Part shown: piece by piece, positions 26,434 to 41,108 of the stretch | Layout of the letters: each line of letters starts with the position of its first letter | Position numbering within the stretch: the stretch's first letter is position 1 | NCBI RefSeq assembly: GCF_964355755.1 | Contig: NC_092670.1 | Coordinates: 7,926,201 to 7,990,200, forward strand | Direction: 5' to 3' | From: Antedon mediterranea | Lineage: Eukaryota; Animalia; Echinodermata | DNA: 64,000 nt | Made by a program: the position numbers and the translations under genes | The notes under the pieces: generated by a model | What the model was told of the DNA's origin: nothing | Database searches by the model: none | What the model saw: only the letters and a program-made list of their open reading frames with translations

Positions 26434-29400
26434 TTCTGTAAGATCCATTTCGTATGTTCAAATCAACGGTATACTTACTTTCCTGTAACTTCACATGCTT
26501 TTATTGCAGCCCTCTTAGAGGGCGACAAATTCAAAATGTTAATAGTGTTATTTTTGGAAATACAAGGTCGACTGTTATTGGACAATGTTTATAAATAAAA
26601 TATTCGTTTAATATATCATCTTTTGTTTGATATACACCCAATTTTACGCCACGTCGTCATTAGTGTGAAAAATATCCTTTTTTTGGAGAAAATTAGTAAC
26701 GATTGACGTAACCACTTTTCACCGGTATAATCAGTTACATTTAATTTATGACAACCGATTCAAAAAAGATAAATATTTCTATTATACATAAATACGACGA
26801 CGCCATTCTTATTTCAATTTTTAAAAGCATAATGACTGTTCTATATCTAATTGTACAACTGCTTTTGTTTTCCTTAATGCAATTTTGATTTTATACTACT
26901 GTATTAATAAAAATAGGACTTACAAAACCCCTCTTAAAAGGCTAACCTTTAAGCTTAAGTCCAGACTAAGCAATCTGTCGCTAATGCTAGGACACAACAC
27001 AAGGACGTACAGGCAGCACAAGTCAATAGGCCCTAAAAAAATAGGCCCAAATACAAATGTTTAAAAAAATGTACGCCATTATATTATGTTCTTTGAAAAT
27101 AAATGGAATACAAAAGATGAATTGGAGGGTAGTAATTATTTATCTTGCTAGTATGTGATAATAATGTATATACCCTTGCATATTTAGTTATTTCAAACAA
27201 ACATGGATAGATAATGATCTAGGCCTACTGGGCTGAATTGCGCATTGGTATGTAGGCCCTACAACATACAATTTTTATCACACCACGCTCGTACAATTAA
27301 ACTGGAATGGGATGGACCGACACACCATGGTACTCCCTATTTTATTATATTATTATTAGTGTTATTTCGGACGTCGAATTATAAAAATATAAGTAAACAA
27401 TCGCGCTATTATTTTACTATTACTTTCCCCCAAATTGTTTTATTGTTTTAATATTTAAATTATAGGCCATATTTCTTAGTTAATTGCCGGTGGATTAAAT
27501 TGAATGTCCATTCTTATTTTTCAACGCCATGTCCGTATAAAGTAATCTAGATGAAAGGTTTTGATGGGTTATTTAATCCGCGTCAAGTTAGCAGACTGTA
27601 ATTTCCAACATCGCCTAGAGAAAAAGATATCATCGCGAAATGGAAATTAAGACAGATCATCACTTAAAGTTAAAGAAGTGTCCTTGTTGGTTTACTTAAG
27701 ATCATCAACGAGTTGGACAGATTAACACAAACTATAACACTTATCTTGTGCAATAATTAGCTGAATTGGATCAACTGAATAGTCTGTTACACTAATACTA
27801 CCGGTCAATGTATTGTCACTCTTGATATTTTCCATTTAACTTGTACACATCATGATTTTCGTATAATTTGTAAAATTGCATCCGGTATAAATTTGCAAAT
27901 ATTATGGATTATGGTTTGTACGGATTATATTTTCCATATACTACTATTTTGTAAGCAAGTAGGTTAGTTACTAGCCTCAACAGATTATGCAGCTGTCACT
28001 AGACAGAGTCTAACAGACTATTGCAATTTTCTCCCGTATGCTTGTCTGGGTATCCAAACTAAATACCGTTCTGATGATTAACGAAGGTGACCATATCTTA
28101 AGGTTTTCAACTTATTTGGTCACCTTCACACTCATCATACTTTTTTAAAATCTAAATATTTAAGTAAAATGCATATTGATGTGTGTGGAAAAGAATTAGG
28201 CCTAATAAACAAACAAAACAAACAAACAAGTCTAATTATGCATATAGTGTATATCATGCTATGTATAAGCTCATAAACAATGTATACGTGATATGTGTAT
28301 TCAAGATACCTAATGCACCGGGAACCAGAATAGCAAGTTTATTAAATAGCGTATTTGCGGATTAATATTACAAAATATTGAGGATAAACGTAAAATCAGA
28401 AAACAAAAGATTGAAGAACATGAATAAAGGCGGATGTACTCCCACAAAAGATAACAAAAGTAGGGTTTTTTTAAAGAGCCGGAACTTTCGAACCTGCCCT
28501 TTGGTTGGGCGTAAAGTTAGAACATTTCCCCAAGTTAATGTCACGGGAATGTGTCTCCTTATAGGATGTTTCCTATAGCGGTATCCCACAGGATTCTACT
28601 CTATAAAGTGTTAGTTTGAAAACGACTATATATGTCGTGTATATGTTCAGCAATGCATTCCAAGATGAGACAATCCTCTTTTTTTTTTCTTTATTGTGTA
28701 CACTTTGTTTATTGCATGCACTCTGAATCAACGGTTTTACGTCCCATCCAAGAGACAAGGCCATTATATGAGATAGGCCTATCTTGTCTTTAATGCAATA
28801 GGTACGACATGGAATCATTTCTATAACCCATGCGTCTCACTAAATAAATAACGTCAGCGTCCCCTGTAAATAAAGTTTCCCGGTACTGTGTATATACAAA
28901 TGTTTCTCCGGTATCACAGGAATATTTTGTAATAAAAAAAACAATGTGTTTCACGTGTAACTACTTTTTAACCTAACCTAACATGATACAGGCATCCCAT
29001 GTGATACAAATGAGTTTCTGTATTACCATATAAGCCTATTCCTGTGAAAATATTGTAGTTTGTGGAGATACAGCACTAATAATCGTATATAATTGTTTTG
29101 CCAATTGACTTAAATTAAATTGCATTTTCGTTCAGACCAAATTGCAAAATTGTTTACAAATTGGATTCAGTTGCATGAGAAGAGATACTTTTTGGAATAC
29201 TAATTTCAGTATCTAGTTATATCATTCATCGATCTGTAGTTTGCTGCTATCTAATTTATTAGATTTTAAGTAAATTTCTGAAAGATAATTCAAGCATAAA
29301 TACAGAGAACCAATCGGTAATATTATCATTATTATTATTATCTATTTTTACGGTTATTCACATTGTTACCTAGTTCACCAGATTCTATTTTGTATCTCCA

Positions 29401-32400
29401 TGGTATAAAGTATCATGGCAAATAATACAAATACAACGTCACATACGTATCACACATGTGTCATTGTAATTACGGCGCCCCGTACAGAATTTTCTAAAAA
29501 CCTGTCAGACTTCTTTTCAGTTGAAGTGTTTCAATGTGATGTAATGCAACAACAAAAACAGAAATGTTGAATTACCTTTAATATAGCGCGAAAGTTTGAT
29601 AGAAACACAAAACCTGTAGAATTCGAGGCACTACCTCTAATTTATTAATTGGTTTTTATTTTTAATCTTTCTACACAAATATTGAAACAGAGATGTAGGC
29701 CTATAGGGATAGCAAAAGTAATGAAACTGTCATCTTGTGATGTGCTTAACCAAACACCCCGTAAGTATATACTGAAAAAAGATAGGCATATAGAATATGC
29801 TACTTATGAAATAATTTAACATTCTAAGTATGTAGTTATCTGATAACGTGTTTATTTAATTTCATTTTGTTAATCATCCTGTCTATTTGAAAAACAATAG
29901 GAATTTACTGGGTAATTTGAACTGATAAAAGAAACTGCCTATTTTCCAAAAATCACGTAGGCCTAACACACAAAAATGTAAAACAATATGACACATAATT
30001 GGAATGTATGATCAATACAAAAAATTGACTAGCCCTTTACAACTTCCAAATATGTATAAATCATCATTTGTTTGTTATTTTATGTTGCCATTGGACGCGG
30101 ATGTTACATTACAATATGAAACGCACCCTTTTTTTTATATTTCAATTATGATAAATTGATAAACAGTTTAGTTATCGTTATCCAAATATTTATATTACTG
30201 TATTGTGATTTAACTGTGTTAACGATATTATAAGTAACCCGGATGTAAGATAACAATTATTAACTATTGATCGGATGCTGACCAAAGATTGATTGAATTG
30301 TTATTAATATTCCACACACGTACAAATAAAACAAAGTGAAAATGCATTAAAGATGTATTGTCCCCAAAAAACACTATAACACACACACAATAAACCAGAC
30401 TTTAAATAGATGAATGATTTTGTAGTTTTAAATCAATTCCGTAGAAAAAATCGCTGTGATGCAGCAATGGAATATTTACAAGCCTCGGTGTGATACATGT
30501 AAGATTACCGACTTGTTCCCAGATTTCATATCGATGTACATTCGTACAATATGATACAATGTAATATTTATTAAGATTTGTGTACTTGTAAATCCATATA
30601 TAAATAGAATTGGGGATTTTCGATGGTATTCCTGTAATTTTACCATAATTTACATATTTCAGGCAATTTGCATACCATCGGGATGAGTGATAGAGGTGTA
30701 ATGCTCAAATTTTAATCTCATCATATGTTACCATTCAGAAAAGAAAAATCTCTATTTACAATTTGTTTCACTCAAACTAGATTGCCTATCCTAAAATTAA
30801 TATCACATCTGCTAAAATGTGAATGTTGTAATAACATTAACATCTGTAACGCATAGCGTATCGCATTCTCAGATTGTAGATAAATCATGTAAAACTGAGG
30901 TCTGAAAATATACTTACATGTGTCAAAACTGCATTAGGCCAGTTATGTTATATGAATTTAACAATAAAAGTGAGCTTTTAAACGGTATATTAATGATCGA
31001 AAATAAATCCCACACATTAATGATTGTTTGTCGACCTTGGTTGCAAAGTTGTATGTAAAAGTATATGCCCATTTATTTGCACCGACTCAGGAGGATAGTC
31101 TATCACACTATACTAATACTTTCTCTTGTACAGTGCACACCGTCCTCTCCTATGCTTTTATCTGCTTGGATCAGTACATGTGCGAGAGGAAAATTGTTCT
31201 GAAATCCGAATAAGAACGTTTAGAATAATAGGTCTCTGGAGATGGTTTCAAAGTTTTCTCAAAACTTCATTACGCGAGATGCAATACATTCATTCATTCA
31301 TTCATTCTTTCTTGGAGATCCAAGAAACATTTATTATATATGGCCTTTGGCCCAAATAATATACAATGTAATACAATATTAAGTGCGAGTGCGTTTAAAA
31401 ATTCTGTTCTACGTTTAAATGAAAAAAATAAATATTTTCCAAGTTTAACAATAAGATCAGTATTTGTGGCAGACATAAGATAAATATATTTTAATTTAGT
31501 TGGGTTGTTTGTATAAAAGGAAAACATATATTTAGTTCTAATATCTGAATAAAATGGAAATACAATGCGAAAGATAATAATTTGGTTAAGTTTAGCGCTT
31601 ATATTACAAAATCTGAGGCCACCCCAACCGCATATTTTAGTAATCCACCATTGCTATACTCGGAACCCCTCTATACGCCTTCCACTTGAAGATGTAATTC
31701 TTAAAAGTAACCTGTTCTGTACCTGTTTTTGAATTAAGCCTATAGGCCCATATTACGGACTTTTATTTGGAAGGAGGGAAATATTCAATAAATTAACCCT
31801 TGCTTACTTCCCTTTGTCTGCTTACTGTACGGTACTGGCAGTACATACATTTGAAATTAAATTTGCTCAAACCACCTGGACTCTACATCGACATTTAGTT
31901 CTCCACATCAGACGGGACAACATGCACGGTCGAATTTCTAGACATTCTTAAAAACAATGTTTATAAACGTAAATCCAAAGAGCAGTTTTATAACCTTTGG
32001 CAAACTACCTAATATACGTAAAGTACAGCTACACGAAAAACCCTGATGGAAGTTGAAATAGACAGACTGTCATTGCATGTGTTTAAATTTAACTGTTAAT
32101 GTATATGTAATGATTTTCAATCAAAACACTTATAATGGTAATACTTGATTAATATTAAAACAATTTTACAGTGGATGAGCAACTCATTTTAATTAATGTT
32201 CTGTTTAAATGACTTTTCAGCAGCCGGTGCATAATTGTAACATAAATGAATCAGTACTCGTAGAACTGTTGTTAATAATTTAATTCAAAAAGTTTATTCA
32301 CATGCAAAACTGATGCTGCCACAGTACAGTACATCCAATGGTTTGTAAGAACACAATAATAAGGAAAAACAAATACATTGCCAGAAATAGTTGACCAATA

Positions 32401-34890
32401 TATCTTTCAAAGTCTTTTTAAAAAGGTTTGTCCAACATCAACATTGATCATTAAAATAAGAACACAAGTAGGCCTTATTACAATTGTTTTTTTTTTTTTT
32501 TTTTAAACCATATTTAATGAGGGTGATCCATCTAGCTATTGCTGATCATTAGGGACCCTCAGAGGTTCACAAGACAAACATATACACAAGATGCTCTACA
32601 TAAACAAAGTCTTATTACAAGTCTTTGGGAGTGGAGAATTTGGTCCTTAGAAAAAATTAAAAATTGTATCATGTTGGATTATAGTTAGGGTACAAATTTT
32701 TTTTTTTTTTGCCAAGATAGGAACAATATTGGAATGCCGGCTACCTCAGCCATCTAATACAGCAGCATGTCAAACCAACAATCTATGTAGGCGCCTACTA
32801 TATTTTCAAAAAATTGCCAAAATAAGCAGAGGTGTTCCCTCAGTTCCTGTCTCAAAATGTAGAATGCGATGAACAAACTTTTCTGCCTACTAAACAAAAA
32901 TTAATATACTTGACGGAGTTTCATCAGACATTGCCTCTGTTGTACGTCCTCCATGATGGGAATACAAAAATGATTGATTGAATAATTTATTGATTGGTGA
33001 ATTGATTGATTGATTATTCGATTGATGAATTGAATCTGTGGATGAAGAAAGGAAGTCGATATTCAATCGAACTTATAGACTTTTGAAATAAAGTGGTCAG
33101 TCTAATGGTACACGACCTGCTTATATAGCATGAAACTCGGTTTGTACGATTATTTTCTATTCATATTGTAAATTAGTATCATAAAATAGTGTCCTTGACT
33201 TTTTGTCTTTTGAGAGTGAATTTGCTTTCCTGTTTTGAGTGACAAATTTACTTTGTTTTACCGTATTTAGACCTGGAGTAGTCCTACTTGATTGACAGGT
33301 TTATTATAAAAATTGTTTTCACGTGTGATGACTAACTATAATAGGTACGATACCTCGATCATCTTACCCAGGGTCCCCTTCTTATTACTGTCATTATACA
33401 TTATATTTGTTTATTTGTTTGTTGAACTTTCGGTTTTTAATCTACGGCACTCGCTAAAAAAGAAAATCTGAAGAATATGCCCAAAAAAAGGAAAATCTTC
33501 AGTAATTTATAAAAATGAAACTAAAATATTAAGTTGTTTGTTTGTAACTGGGAGATTAAAATGTGTGTGAAGGTACAGTATTGTTGTTCATTTGTAAATT
33601 AACGTTAACCGTAAATTTCTTGTATAAATAATGCACGTTTTAGAAGGGCTGTACATTGATTTTACTGTTATTTTTGGCAGCGATTGCCTTCTCAAAAGAC
33701 ATTTCTAATCTAAACACAAATTGTCCGTATCTTCCCAATCGCTTTTACAAAACAATTGCTATTAGTATGGAGTCAGAATACAATCATTTGTTTAACAAGC
33801 AAGAAAACAACCAACCATTAGGAGTTTAAATGAGACCTTTCTATTGTTTATTTATTTATTATTATTTGTGTTGTTGTTCAATCAATACAAGTACTATCAG
33901 AGAACATAGAGAAGCATGTAGTTACAGTATTCGCAATTGTAAAACGGTATACTCTATCGGTCGCACGTACTTCTTCAAAAATATATGTTACCGGTCAAAG
34001 GGTATTAGGATGTTATGGCCAGCCACCTCTTGAATTATTTTACAAATCCCATTGATACCATATTGCAAAGAAACTAATGCATGTTCTTTTACTAAATTAA
34101 GTTTCACCACACAATTTCAAAGAATTGTTCATCCAGCTTATAGACGTGTCTACAATGTCTGTCTCAAGGTAAAATAACTGACCAAACGACCATCTCTAAT
34201 TCATTCTTTTTTTTAATTTCTGATATTACATCCACAACATAGAATGTTAATTTGCACAAACGTTGGATAGTGGAAGCACTTTGCAGATTATAGTTTAATT
34301 TAGCAATTACAATTGTTATAATTTCTGGTTTGTAAACTATAAATGAAGTTAGGCCTATACTTTAATAGTCATAAACGTGTAAAGAAGATATGGTGATAAT
34401 TTTACGAAGCTCTGATGTATGTGATATTAGACATTAATTAATAATATTTAGTGTCTATTATTACAACGGTTTATGTGTGAAGTCATCTAGAAATGGTTTC
34501 GAAAGTACACTGGCCGTATTGATTAAACGTTGCTTTTTTTGTAAAAGTGCATTGCTGATTGGTAAAAGTTACGTCATTTATTTGTAAGTGTCTTTGTAAA
34601 AGTATACCGGTGTTTGTTTGCATTATTGAGAGATTAAAATGTGTGAGGAGGTGGTACTGCTGTCCATTTGTAAATTAACTTTAGGCCTAAACGTTGTCTG
34701 TTTATTAATAATGCACGATTTGAAGAGGTTGTACGTTGATTTTTCTTATATTTTTTTCATCGAAAGAGAAATGTATAATGGCAAAACAAATTTCCGTTTG
34801 TCTTTCACAATTTTATTTTTACATCAGTTAGATTTATCAATTCAATGTCATCAATTTTAAGATTTGGACAACGAATTGTTGAGAGATTAT

Positions 34891-35678
34891 CTTCAGTTCC
34901 ATTTGAGTAACGACTTGATGCTTAGGTTAACTTCAGTTTCATTTGAGTAACGACTTGATGCTGAGGTTAGCTTCAATTCCATTGAGTAACGACTCGATGC
35001 TAAGGTTAGCTTTAGTTCAATGAGTATAAACGACTCGATGTTGAGGTTAACATCAGTTTCATTTGAATAACAACTTGATTGAGGTTAACTTCAGTTCCAT
35101 TTGAGTAACGCGACTTGATGCTGAGGTTAGCCTTAGTTATATTTGAATAACGACTCGATGCTGAAGATTAACTTCAGTTTCATTTGAGTAATGGAACGAT
35201 ATTGAGGTTACCTTCAGTTCCATTTGAGTTAAGACTCGATGTTGAGGTTAACTTCAGTTTTATTTGAATAACGACTCGATGTTGAGGTTAACTTCAGTTT
35301 TATTTGAGTAACAACTTGATTGAGGTTAACTTCAGTTTAATTTGAGTAACGACTCGATATTGAGGCTAACTTCAGTTTTATTTGAGTAACAACTTGATTG
35401 AGGTCAACTTCAGTTTAACTTGACGACTCGATGTTGAGGTTAACTTTAGTTTCATTTGAGTAACAACTTGATTGAGGTTAACTTCAGTTTCATTTGAGTA
35501 TAAACGACTCAATGATGAGGTTAACTTTAGTTTCATTTGAGTAACGACTCATTGTTGAGGTTAACTTGAGTAACGATTCGATATTGAGGTTAACTTCAGT
35601 TTCATTTGAGTATAAACGACTCGATGTTTAGGTTAACTTCAGTTCCATTTGAGTAACGGCTCGACCTCAGTTCCATTT
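34891..35678. repeat. About 20-unit tandem array of a 40-bp repeat in the Fer2 3' region
   Basis: Consensus CTTCAGTTYCATTTGAGTAACGACTCGATGTTGAGGTTAA; unit variants of 36-43 bp; no unique spacers. Confidence 0.95.
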
Positions 35679-36455
35679 AATCCATGATAATCGCGCAACC
35701 AAATCTACATTAACGAAGCAATAGCAATTTTATCAAAAACATAGAAATATAACGATTATAAATTCAAATGAGGATAAAAATGGAGAAGGTGCCTTCCTTT
35801 AAATAGATGGAAGAGCAACGTAAAACCAATGTGAGAGAATTCAGAATTGACAATATAACGAATGGCGATTGGAAAACACAAAATTTTAAAAAAAGTTTGT
35901 TGTTTATATTAATAACAAATAATACTTACCACTAGTACTCCATTTAAGGGCACTTTCATTCGTATATTCAACCTGACGACACTCTTCTATGTACATTGTT
36001 GGAGATTGTCCAGATAGCAAGACTTCATTTAGCAATTGTATGTAAGCGATCGCTAGTTTCAATGTGTCTATTTTAGACAGCCGTCTTTCGTAGGGGAACG
36101 TTGGTATGCGCATTCGAAGCTTCTCAAATGCTTTGCTTAAACTCAGCATTCGATTTCTTTCTCGTACGTTCGCAGCGCATCTTTCAGGTAGTTCTTCTCT
36201 GCTATTGGATTCATGCGAATGCGAATCTTCACCACGTTGACATTTTGTAGTCCTAAGTGATGGAGACGCTGAACTATATGTTGTGTTGATGTACGCATTT
36301 GGCAAGGTGATCGCGTGATTCGCATGCGTACTGATCAGTACCTCAAATTCTTCAAATTGATTCGAGTTTTCATCTAAAAATTCTAGATACTGTAACTCAT
36401 TTGATTTGTTCAGTAAATCATTGAGAAAAGCATCGCAATCAAATATCACATCCAT
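35667..36455 (-). CDS. Fer2: Fer2 / 48-related-2 (HLH-13-like, PTF1 family) bHLH transcription factor, 2 exons, about 187 aa
   Basis: Exon 1 is 36455-35930 (MDVIFDC...; b[59 protein letters not shown]; donor G|GTAAGT). Exon 2 is 35704-35667 ([12 protein letters not shown]). PTFPYE, SKIDTL and W-x-T-S-D-L-x-A-R-L-S-W-I match the Fer2 subfamily as I recall it, rather than PTF1a (PTLPYE) or Fer3/Nato3 (PTFAYE). Confidence 0.9.
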
Positions 36456-36586
36456 TTTTAATAGAGATTTGTAGATTATACATACGGCTAAGGTAACGTG
36501 AGCGAAATATAGAATTATAGTATAAACGGGTAAGCACCATGTAAAGAAGTTGAAGATAAAGTCGTTTGGTAAAATGAAAATTGTCA

Positions 36587-36670
36587 TTTATATAGAAAAG
36601 GCTGTGTTATTATATTAACGTTTTAATTAAGAAATACAACATTGAGGTTTTCATAAGGAGATGCACCTGC
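36587..36670 (-). promoter_or_regulatory. Putative Fer2 core promoter: TATA box and proneural-type E-box
   Basis: TATATAAA on the minus strand at 36594-36587, about 130 bp above the ATG at 36455; GCAGGTGC at 36670-36663. Confidence 0.4.
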
Positions 36671-36884
36671 AAATAACTCAATGTGACGTAACAAAGCAGT
36701 TCTAATTAATCTGATTGTTGAAAATTGCTGTTTGTGTCAAGAAGTATAAAAATACATGAACACTACATGATTGAAACACATTCATTTCAATTCTTGAATT
36801 AAGGACATCGATCTGTTTGTAGTACTTAATGTAGAATAAATATTGGAATTATGTTTAGAATAATTATATGTGTAAGTAAACACA

Positions 36885-36980
36885 CGTGCTGTTCTTCGCT
36901 GTTTAAGCGCCTTGAGCACCTTTGGTGGCGAAGTGCGCTCTATAAATCATTATTATTATTATTATTGTTATTATTATTAT
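36885..36980 (+). mobile_element. L2-type LINE/SINE 3' tail relic with (TAT)n microsatellite
   Basis: TAAGCGCCTTGAGCACC...GCGCTCTATAAAT followed by (ATT)n, resembling L2-clade 3' ends (from recall). Confidence 0.5.
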
Positions 36981-39839
36981 GATTTACACTGCATATCAAT
37001 ATATTTATGCCCGGTAATCTCGGTAATCTTTCTAGAATTAAGGCTATCCTCTTGTTATATATATAGGCCTATGTATTTATATACACTACCTATAGGCCTA
37101 TTTGTATTTTGGTGTTCGGTGGAAAGCAGTAAAAAACAAATAAATGAAGTATTGTAAGAATTAGGAAACATTCTAATATATAATCATAAGAATACGTAAG
37201 AAAATCATATGATGTAATAATGGTGACGTATGGTATATGGCATAATAAAGTTATAAGACTTAATAATTGTTACGGCGTAATAATTATATAGCCCTAAATC
37301 ATAAATCTTATTTCATGTTTGAAAAGTTTGTCAATAGCCAAATTAATTTCTCAAATCATTTTCTCCAAAAAAATAACAATATCGTACACGTACATCGTAA
37401 AAACATAATCTTCTGAGTATGTACAAACATTGTTCTCTCTCTTTGCCTAAACAGTAACAGTTATAAAAAAAACATTTAAATTAGACTACGAAAGAATACA
37501 CTCTTCTCTGCCAAGACTTATACAGTTAGGCCTATTCATTTTATTTGAAATTACAATAGAAACATAGTTTTCAATAAGCGGAGCGAACTATAAATCAAAA
37601 TTCTCCACATTCTTGTTTCTTGTTGAATATCTTGCGAACCACTCCTTTGAACTCCTTGTGTGGACCATCTGCGGTTGTGTGGTTTCACATATCTTACTTT
37701 GGGAGCCGAGGTGGCTTGTAATGAATACACTTCTGCAAGCTAACAAATATTTACTAAACGAATTTATACTTGGAGTTTGCTAAATGTGGGGCAAACCCAC
37801 AAAAGAGGGTAAATCTGCACAAACTTGCAGGCCTGGTGCTATAGGCCTAGATTGGGATATGATCTGAAAGAACAATTTATAAAAAAAGACTGAAAAAAGG
37901 AATTTACATTGTGGCTATATTTAAAATATTTTACAAATTCACTCTGTGTCCTTTCTCTGTATTGTTATTTAGTTCCTTATCTGCTCAATTGTTTTCTTAT
38001 TTGTCTTGCTGATAACAGTTGTTGAATAAATGTTATTGAACTTGACTTAAATAATTTGGTATCAATATGTGTACAATTAGCCTTATATGTTTAACAGGTA
38101 TTATAGTTAATTATACAGGTGACAATATTTTCCCTTCGTAAGTTGTGTGGCAAGAGGCTAAATTTACCATTGCCTGCCATCGTTCTTACCACTATGAGTG
38201 TGTACAATTTTTAAATGTATTTGCCGGAAGCAATACTCGCCAATTGATTGTACTTCTATATAGTCAGTTCCTGTATTTGCCCTTTAATTGTCTTAACATA
38301 CACAAAAATAAATAAAAATCATTCAACTTGTAAGATAAACAACACCACCCAAACTTAAAACACACTTTCTAAACTATTTGGGACTTTCCCAACTTGTATT
38401 TTTCAATAATACCAACCACCTTAAACAAGAGTGGCACATCCAGTAACAAAACAACCCAAAGGAAATGTATAAATATAATTATTTACATAATAATGATAAA
38501 GAAAGAAGAAAGTAATAACAATAGGTTTAAATGTAAATTCGCAAATTCACTATTACTAGCAAAACGATTTTATCTAAATCATGCATTGTCAGAACTTAAC
38601 ATACGTACAAATTTTGTGTACATTTTTATTGTTATTTCTACTAAAAGTTCATCAAAAAGAATAGGATTAAATATAAAGTGTTCATTACATCAGTTTGGTT
38701 TATTTCTTATCCCATAATACGTTAAGTGTGGTGTTAGAAATTATCCTTTAAGTAAGAACTCCACCACAATGTCATGACAAATAGTTCATTACCGGACGTC
38801 TGATCGTATGATTTTTTTTAATCCGGGTTATTTTTACCTCAACACCCTTTAAAGAAAATAATAAGCCTATTATTGATATCCAACCACTTTTACTTATACC
38901 ATTTTGTGTCAGTGTAATTATTATAACTATTAGCAACTCATAATATGCTCTTCGCGGTTTCCAAAAATCTAATAGTAGCCGCCTGGGAGGTCCAACGTGC
39001 GCGGTGTTTCCGCAGAAATAACAAACTTATCGGTTAATTATTTGGTTTTTATTAACCAATCAATACAAAAATAAAGTGTGCATTATCATTAATTACCGAA
39101 CAACCAAAGTGCCTAAACAGAACGCAACAATTGGTCCTCCAGAAAGGTTAAAAATGATCGTATTTATCCGATAATTATTATCTTAATTGAATAAGATGAC
39201 GGAAAATTATTTGGTAATTTTTATCGGTTAATTTTTGTTGGCTGGGGAAGTAAGTGACGATGATTGAAACTTTTCTGCTTGATCTCTAAAATAGGCCTAG
39301 GCTAAATGCCTAGGCTAAATGCCTAGGCTAAATTGAACAGGTCGTACTCAGGTTATTATTCCGATTTTTACGCAATAGTTGATTCGATGATTAGTAGGCC
39401 TACCAATGTTTTACTATAGGCCTACTCATCCTCTTTTGAATAACATCTGTCTATTTAGATATATGATATTTTCTTTTCTAATGAACTGTAGGCCTAATAC
39501 AATTTTAGAAATTTTTTATTAAATAGAAGATGTGGAGATATTCACTTAAAATAGTTTTTTAATGAAATATAAATACACTCTTGTCGGGGTGTTAGTGATT
39601 TAACCCACCGACGCAAATAATTATAATTATTCCAAATGATGTACATCGTAGTTGAATTACTAATTTAGAAAGTGTTTTAATAATTTCAGATGTAAAGCTA
39701 TACTCACACGTATATCTGTTCGATTTTTGATAAGTAAACAATTTTTTTTTTTATTGAATGAAGTATATTGAGCATAATAGAAAACGTGTAACTTATTATT
39801 TGCAATTACACGCTGCAGAAGATGCGTCCTAATCAAGGA

Positions 39840-40400
39840 ACGGACACAATTGTGATAAACAAAGTCACATTGTGACGTCATTTCACCATCGGCACTTGTT
39901 ATATCATAAACTAAAAACAATCAATAAAAGCGAATCAAAATTTCATCACGAACAAATTGGGATGAACAAAAATCAAATTATAATGTCCTTCTATTTTATA
40001 TACAAAGTAATCAGTAATCAATAAAAATTCAATCAAACTGAGGGATTAAATAATAATTCATACTGGTAAACAAACTCATATTAATAACGTAATTTTACCA
40101 TAATAATGCACGTTGATTTTATGATGAGCAAAAACAATCAATAACAGTTCATCAAAACCGTGGAGTTGAAATAAACAAACAAATTGTGGTAAACAAACTC
40201 ATAACGTCATTAGCTCATACATACGCAATTAATTTGATTTGTGATGAACTAAGAAAATCAATAAACGTTGAATGAAGTATAAACCCTTACAATATCAATG
40301 TAATGGAAGAGTGGTTGATACAAATTATTTTCTTTTATTAACAAACAAATTGCGGTAAAAACGAGCGTACACACATCATGACGTCATTCGTTCATAACTA
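39840..40400. repeat. Diverged tandem repeat of roughly 110-170 bp units
   Basis: Recurrent ACAAATTGTGGTAAACAAACTCAT...ACGTCATT...GATGAAC.AAAA.AATCAATAA blocks at about 39845, 39950, 40065, 40178 and 40345. Confidence 0.6.
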
Positions 40401-40980
40401 TATGAGGACATATAAAACGTCATACTCACTTAACAATTAGACTATTATTAGAATATATATACAATCAAAGTGAAATCTAAAAATATCAGTAATCCGATTT
40501 AATCCTAAAATACTATTTTCAACAGAAAAGTTAAGCCTTATAGATATTTAGGGGATTAATTACAATAAATAAAGCCTAAAGAAAATTAATTTCTAAAGAA
40601 AACCTAATGTTATTAATTCTTCAAAAAATAGTATATGTCATCTGCGTTGCTTTTCTGGATACAGCGATTATAGTCTAGTCTAGGGTCTATTGGACATAAG
40701 ATTTTGGTGACACCCGGTGTTTCATACGGCGCAATACTTTTTTACAGACAATATCTTACCATGAGAGATTTATGCGCAAATATAATGCGATTTATTTATT
40801 TATTCAAATATCCACTTTGAATTTACGAAAAATATAGATAAAATGTTTTCAGAACTTGGTGCTACGATCAGAAATAATCTTATTGAAGAGTCGTTTTTTA
40901 AGTTTAAACACAGTTTAAAGCAACATTTTATAGATTTTTAACTTTTCATATTTTTATTAACATGATTGTACCTACTTTGA

Positions 40981-41108
40981 ATTTTTAACTTTTTAACTTT
41001 TATACAATCAGAATTTTTAACTTTTATACATTCATAATTTTTAACTTTTATACAATCAGAATTTTTAACTTTTATACAATCAGAATTTTTTACTTTTACA
41101 TAATCAGA
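40981..41108. repeat. 24-bp minisatellite (TTTTTAACTTTTATACAATCAGAA), about 5 copies
   Basis: Directly visible; produces the repetitive ORF 40938..41129. Confidence 0.85.

Noticed and set aside
34097-34158. Alternative Fer2 exon 2 (DIVDTSISWMN...)
   Set aside because: The exon at 35704-35667 gives the conserved DLVARLSWI motif and is a far better match.
34891-35678. CRISPR-like array
   Set aside because: Units abut with no unique spacers, there are no cas genes, and the context is eukaryotic; it is a minisatellite.
36456-36587. N-terminal hydrophobic extension of Fer2 (membrane-tethered bHLH) suggested by the 227-aa ORF
   Set aside because: The upstream ATG directly abuts the putative TATA box and the extension is AT-rich UTR-like sequence. 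AAAATGG at 36455 is the better start. The ORF's C-terminal KYYLLLI is intron read-through.
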